Source: Camelus dromedarius
Taxonomy: Eukaryota
DNA length: 64,000 bases
NCBI RefSeq assembly: GCF_036321535.1
Contig: NC_087437.1
Location: 10,108,001-10,172,000, forward strand
Direction of reading: 5' to 3'
Shown here: in pieces, positions 60,487-64,000 of the stretch
How positions within the stretch are numbered: position 1 is the first letter of the stretch
Layout: the number at the start of each line of letters is the position of its first letter
Notes under the pieces: model-generated
Database searches by the model: none
Seen by the model: only the letters and a program-made list of their open reading frames with translations
What the model was told of the DNA's origin: nothing
Translations under genes and position numbers: made by a program

Positions 60487-60668
60487 CAGTGTTTTTCAAA
60501 CATTGACTGCCTGAGAACTACCCCGGGGGCTTGTTGGAACACAGAGTCTGGGCCCCTCCTCCCCCAGAGTTTCTGACTCAGTGGATCTGGGGTGGAGCCT
60601 GGACTTCGCATTTCTGACAGGGTCCCTGTTGGTGCATTGCTGCAGGTCGAGGGACCACACTCTGTCAT
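60487..60668 (+). mobile_element. hAT-Charlie MITE MER5A
   Basis: cagtgtttttcaaac...ctgggcccctcctcccccagagtttctgactcagtggatctggggtgg...gggaccacactctg. Confidence 0.9.
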
Positions 60669-60959
60669 ATCCCCCTCATTCGCCATCTCTCCAACTAAAG
60701 CATAAGAAAGCAGCTGAGAAACTGGCTGTCCTCACGTCCACATGGCTCATGGAACCACCCCCGGTTTTGGACTGGGGTGAGCTGGGCAGGCTGGTGTCAG
60801 ACCTGGGTTTCCTGGGAACTGAGCTTTGGTTGGATGGAGATCTTAGTAGCTGTCTCCTCCACGGTTCCATCTGGCTGCCTCACAGGTAAACATTTCAACA
60901 AATGACATTTTTTTCAGATGCACAATCTGATGGTGGTCCCCATCCTTCTCACGTATAAC

Positions 60960-61131
60960 CCACCAACTTCATCTGGCTCTTGAGGGCAAAGATGCCTGAA
61001 TGCCTGGATAATGGACTCTTCGATCTAAATTGGACTGCAATGTGAGTGACAACAAAGCTTTATTTGGTCAAGACCTTGAGGTTTGGGGTTTGTTTTTTAA
61101 CACAACTAGGATGATTATTCCAACTTGTACA
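60960..61131 (+). mobile_element. MaLR LTR 3' fragment (MLT1-type)
   Basis: atgtgagtgacaacaaagctttatttggtcaagaccttgaggtttggggtttgttt...tgtaca. Confidence 0.55.
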
Positions 61132-61344
61132 ATCTATTGTCTATAGGGGAGATTACAATCAAACTTCCCTACCTCCTTATCATGGCTCACTCTGCAAATG
61201 AGAATTTGGGGTTATTTTGAATTATCCCAGAACTCCAGGGATTTAAACTGAGAGACCAATCCTCTGATGACCTCATAATCCTCCACTGTGTCTGTGCCTT
61301 AGAGACATATGTCTAAGAGACAAAATTAAAGTAAGTCAGTCACT

Positions 61345-62020
61345 TCTACACAAAAACCTGCTGGTGGATGTTTATGGCAGCTTCCCTCATTTAAAAAAAA
61401 AAAAAAAAAGAAACTTGGAAACAACCAAGATATCCTTCAGTGAGTGAATAGATAAAGAAGCCATGGTACATTCAGACAATGAAATATTACTCTACACTTA
61501 AAAGAAATGAGCTATCAAGCCATTAAAAACTGGGGAAGAAAACTTAAGCATATTTTGCTAAAAGAAGCCATTCTGAAAAGAATACGTACTGTATGACTTC
61601 AACTATACAGCATTCTGGACTTTTCCAAAACTATGAACTTTGCAAAACTATGGAGGCAGTAAACGATCAGTGGTTGCCTGGGACTGGGGAGCAGGGCAGA
61701 ATGAATAGAGCACAGAGGATTTTTAGGGCAGGGCATCTACTCTGTGATACTCTGATGACAGATCCATGTCATTATGCATTTGTCCAAACCTATAGAATGT
61801 TCACAAGAGTGAACTGTAATATAAACTATGGACCTTGGGTGATTATGATGTGTCAGTGTAGATTCCTCAGTTACAACTGACAACTGTACCACTCTGGTGG
61901 GGGACGTGGATAATCAGGAGGCTGTGCCTGTGTGGAGGCCGGGGATATATCTCTGTACTTTCCCCTTAATTTGACTATGAACCTAAAAATGCTCTAAAAA
62001 ATAATCTTAATTTTAAAAAG
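61345..62020 (+). mobile_element. L1MC1/2-type 3' end
   Basis: cacaaaaacctg...gaaatgagctatcaagcca...taaactatggaccttgggtgattatgatgtgtcagtgtag...tgtaccactctggtgggg. Confidence 0.9.
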
Positions 62021-62335
62021 GGACGTGCAGAACACATCACATAGCATGCTCATATTGTACAATTAAACAAAGCAAAAAAAAATAAAATAAAATAGTGGAT
62101 ATTGAATTTCCCACCATCCAGATAACATAGTTTCTTGCAGTCAGATTTAATTAATTAAGAAAATTGAGTAATGTAATTTTTTTTTGCCCAGCTAAGTGTG
62201 TGGAATAAGAATCATTCCAACTAGAAAGAGGAAGATGTAACAGAGAGATCCATTTTTACGTGGGTTTCAGTCCTCACTACCAAAGCCTTTGTTTAACCTT
62301 CTCCACTTGTGTCTGCTTTGAAGTTATTCCGTTAG

Positions 62336-62347
62336 TGCGTGTGTGTG

Positions 62348-62388
<41 letters not shown>

Positions 62389-62389
62389 G
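62336..62389. repeat. (TG)n microsatellite, one interruption
   Basis: Direct reading. Confidence 0.95.
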
Positions 62390-64000
62390 AAGGGACCTCC
62401 AGAATCCGAATGCACATTTTGAAATGTCTCCCTATGTCTTCTATGTAAGATTATCAAATTAGCTGAGCATAATATTCTTGGGGGAGTCTTTTCCTCATTA
62501 CTTTGTAACTTGGCAGTTAGATCATGGTCATCTCTCAAAAGCAATTAGCAGGAAGCAGTGCATGCCCTTGGGAATAAAAGAAGATTGGGGATGTACCTAG
62601 TCTTACTTGTGTCTCAGTTTCAATCCAACCTTTAGGGAAAAGCCAAATTCTTTTAAATGATAATTAGGTGGAATGGGCTGTGTCCCTGATACTTGCTAAA
62701 AGAAAAAACAAAAGGCAAAGGGCATATCTGGACTTGCCGTGGAGAACACTCACTAGTGAATTCTTCTGTAGTCAGTAATTTATGCTTTCCGTGACTGGCT
62801 TCTAGAATTTCTCTTTGTGTAACAATAGCCAGAAGAAAACACATTTTAGCCTTTATTAAAAGGAAATATGTGTCCCCTTATTTGAGACTTGTTTTCCTTG
62901 CAGAAATATGGACTAAAGGCTACAGAGCACTTCGGGCTTTACACCTAGGAATATTAGAGTAGGTTGATAGCAGGGCATTAACGAGGATCTGCTGCCTGAA
63001 TGAGCCTCAGGCGTGTATCGTATTCAAGAGTTGTCCTTTTGATTAACTGTTCATGGACTGAGAGACCCTCAAATCTAGGTCTGGGCGTCTTGGAGATGTG
63101 TCTGAAGACCTAATGGACAACAAGCCTCCTAGGATTGGAAACCCACCTCTTCCCCGCCACATTCACCAATCACCTTCCTCTGGAGTTGTCAGCACCCTCC
63201 CAAGTCTCCTGCTCCTCTGGAAGATTACTAAGTGTAGTGATATCCTGAACAGCACAGATTTTTAAGATCCGTTAGGAACTATTTAGATGATGTATGCATT
63301 TCTGGGGTGAAGTGTAAAAGAATTTTGTCTTAACTATTTAAAGTCAAGGTTAACTTTTTACACTACTATCTTATAGTAAGTCTGTACCAACTGCTCAAAG
63401 CCATATCCCATGGATCTAAGTCATGGAGGAAAATTTGTATGTTATTCCACCAAATAAATAACTTTTATCACATTCATTTTAAAAGGCAAAAGGGGCTACC
63501 ACTTGACTTTGTTATTTTTTTCCTTAATGCCTACTGCTTCTATGAAATGTTTCATGATTGATACAGTGATTCATATCTAGATTTGATCTTTTTTCCCCCA
63601 TCAATTCCATGTGATTGATCTGCCAGTCTTGTGAAAATGCTTTTTGAAAAATCCATGGAGATTATATAAGTTTTTTCCCCAGCTAGCGGTTCCTTATGTT
63701 TATTAATCATTGCCTGAAAAGGAACACATATTGTTAGTAGCGAGTATTACAATGGTAATCTTCAATTTGGCTGTTTAAATGTGCTGGCAAAGTGCCCAAG
63801 GGATAAAGAGACTATAATAAACAGGTAGCAGGTACTTCAGGAGTTATTGTATTGAACTACTTCTTTCAAGAGAGACCATTAAATTCACTGTCATTGCCGC
63901 AAGCACGGAGGGCTGCATAAACCAAGGTCAAAACCAACTCCATTGTTGTCCAGTGGATTCATCATCGCTCATTATGACCATATTTCATGTTACGTGTGGG

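Overview
Repeat-rich mammalian nuclear DNA with no protein-coding exon I can support; the window is intergenic or deep intronic. Two tRNA-derived SINEs of the camelid Vic-1 type, with no Alu/B1/Bov-A-like SINEs seen, point to a camelid (alpaca/llama/camel). The window holds many L1 copies of different ages, L2 and MIR relics, MaLR/ERVL/ERV1 LTRs, an ERVL integrase-dUTPase fragment, a near full-length Tigger1 with TIRs and TA TSD, and several hAT MITEs. The main base-level observations are: (i) a young L1 at 32317-33674 with both a twin-priming 5' inversion and a 70-bp 3' transduction inside a 15-bp TSD; (ii) a ~180-bp micro-inversion at 40050-40228 that flips the tail and right TSD of an L1 inserted at a 12-bp palindrome; (iii) a CpG-retaining, promoter-like element near 60.4 kb with NF-kB, NRF1 and ETS motifs within 75 bp; (iv) two adjacent G-U-containing hairpins in unique sequence at 41507-41568; and (v) several local duplications. 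I found no evidence of a new multi-gene system. Repeat family names come from recalled consensus sequences, not from a search. Boundaries without a stated TSD are approximate.
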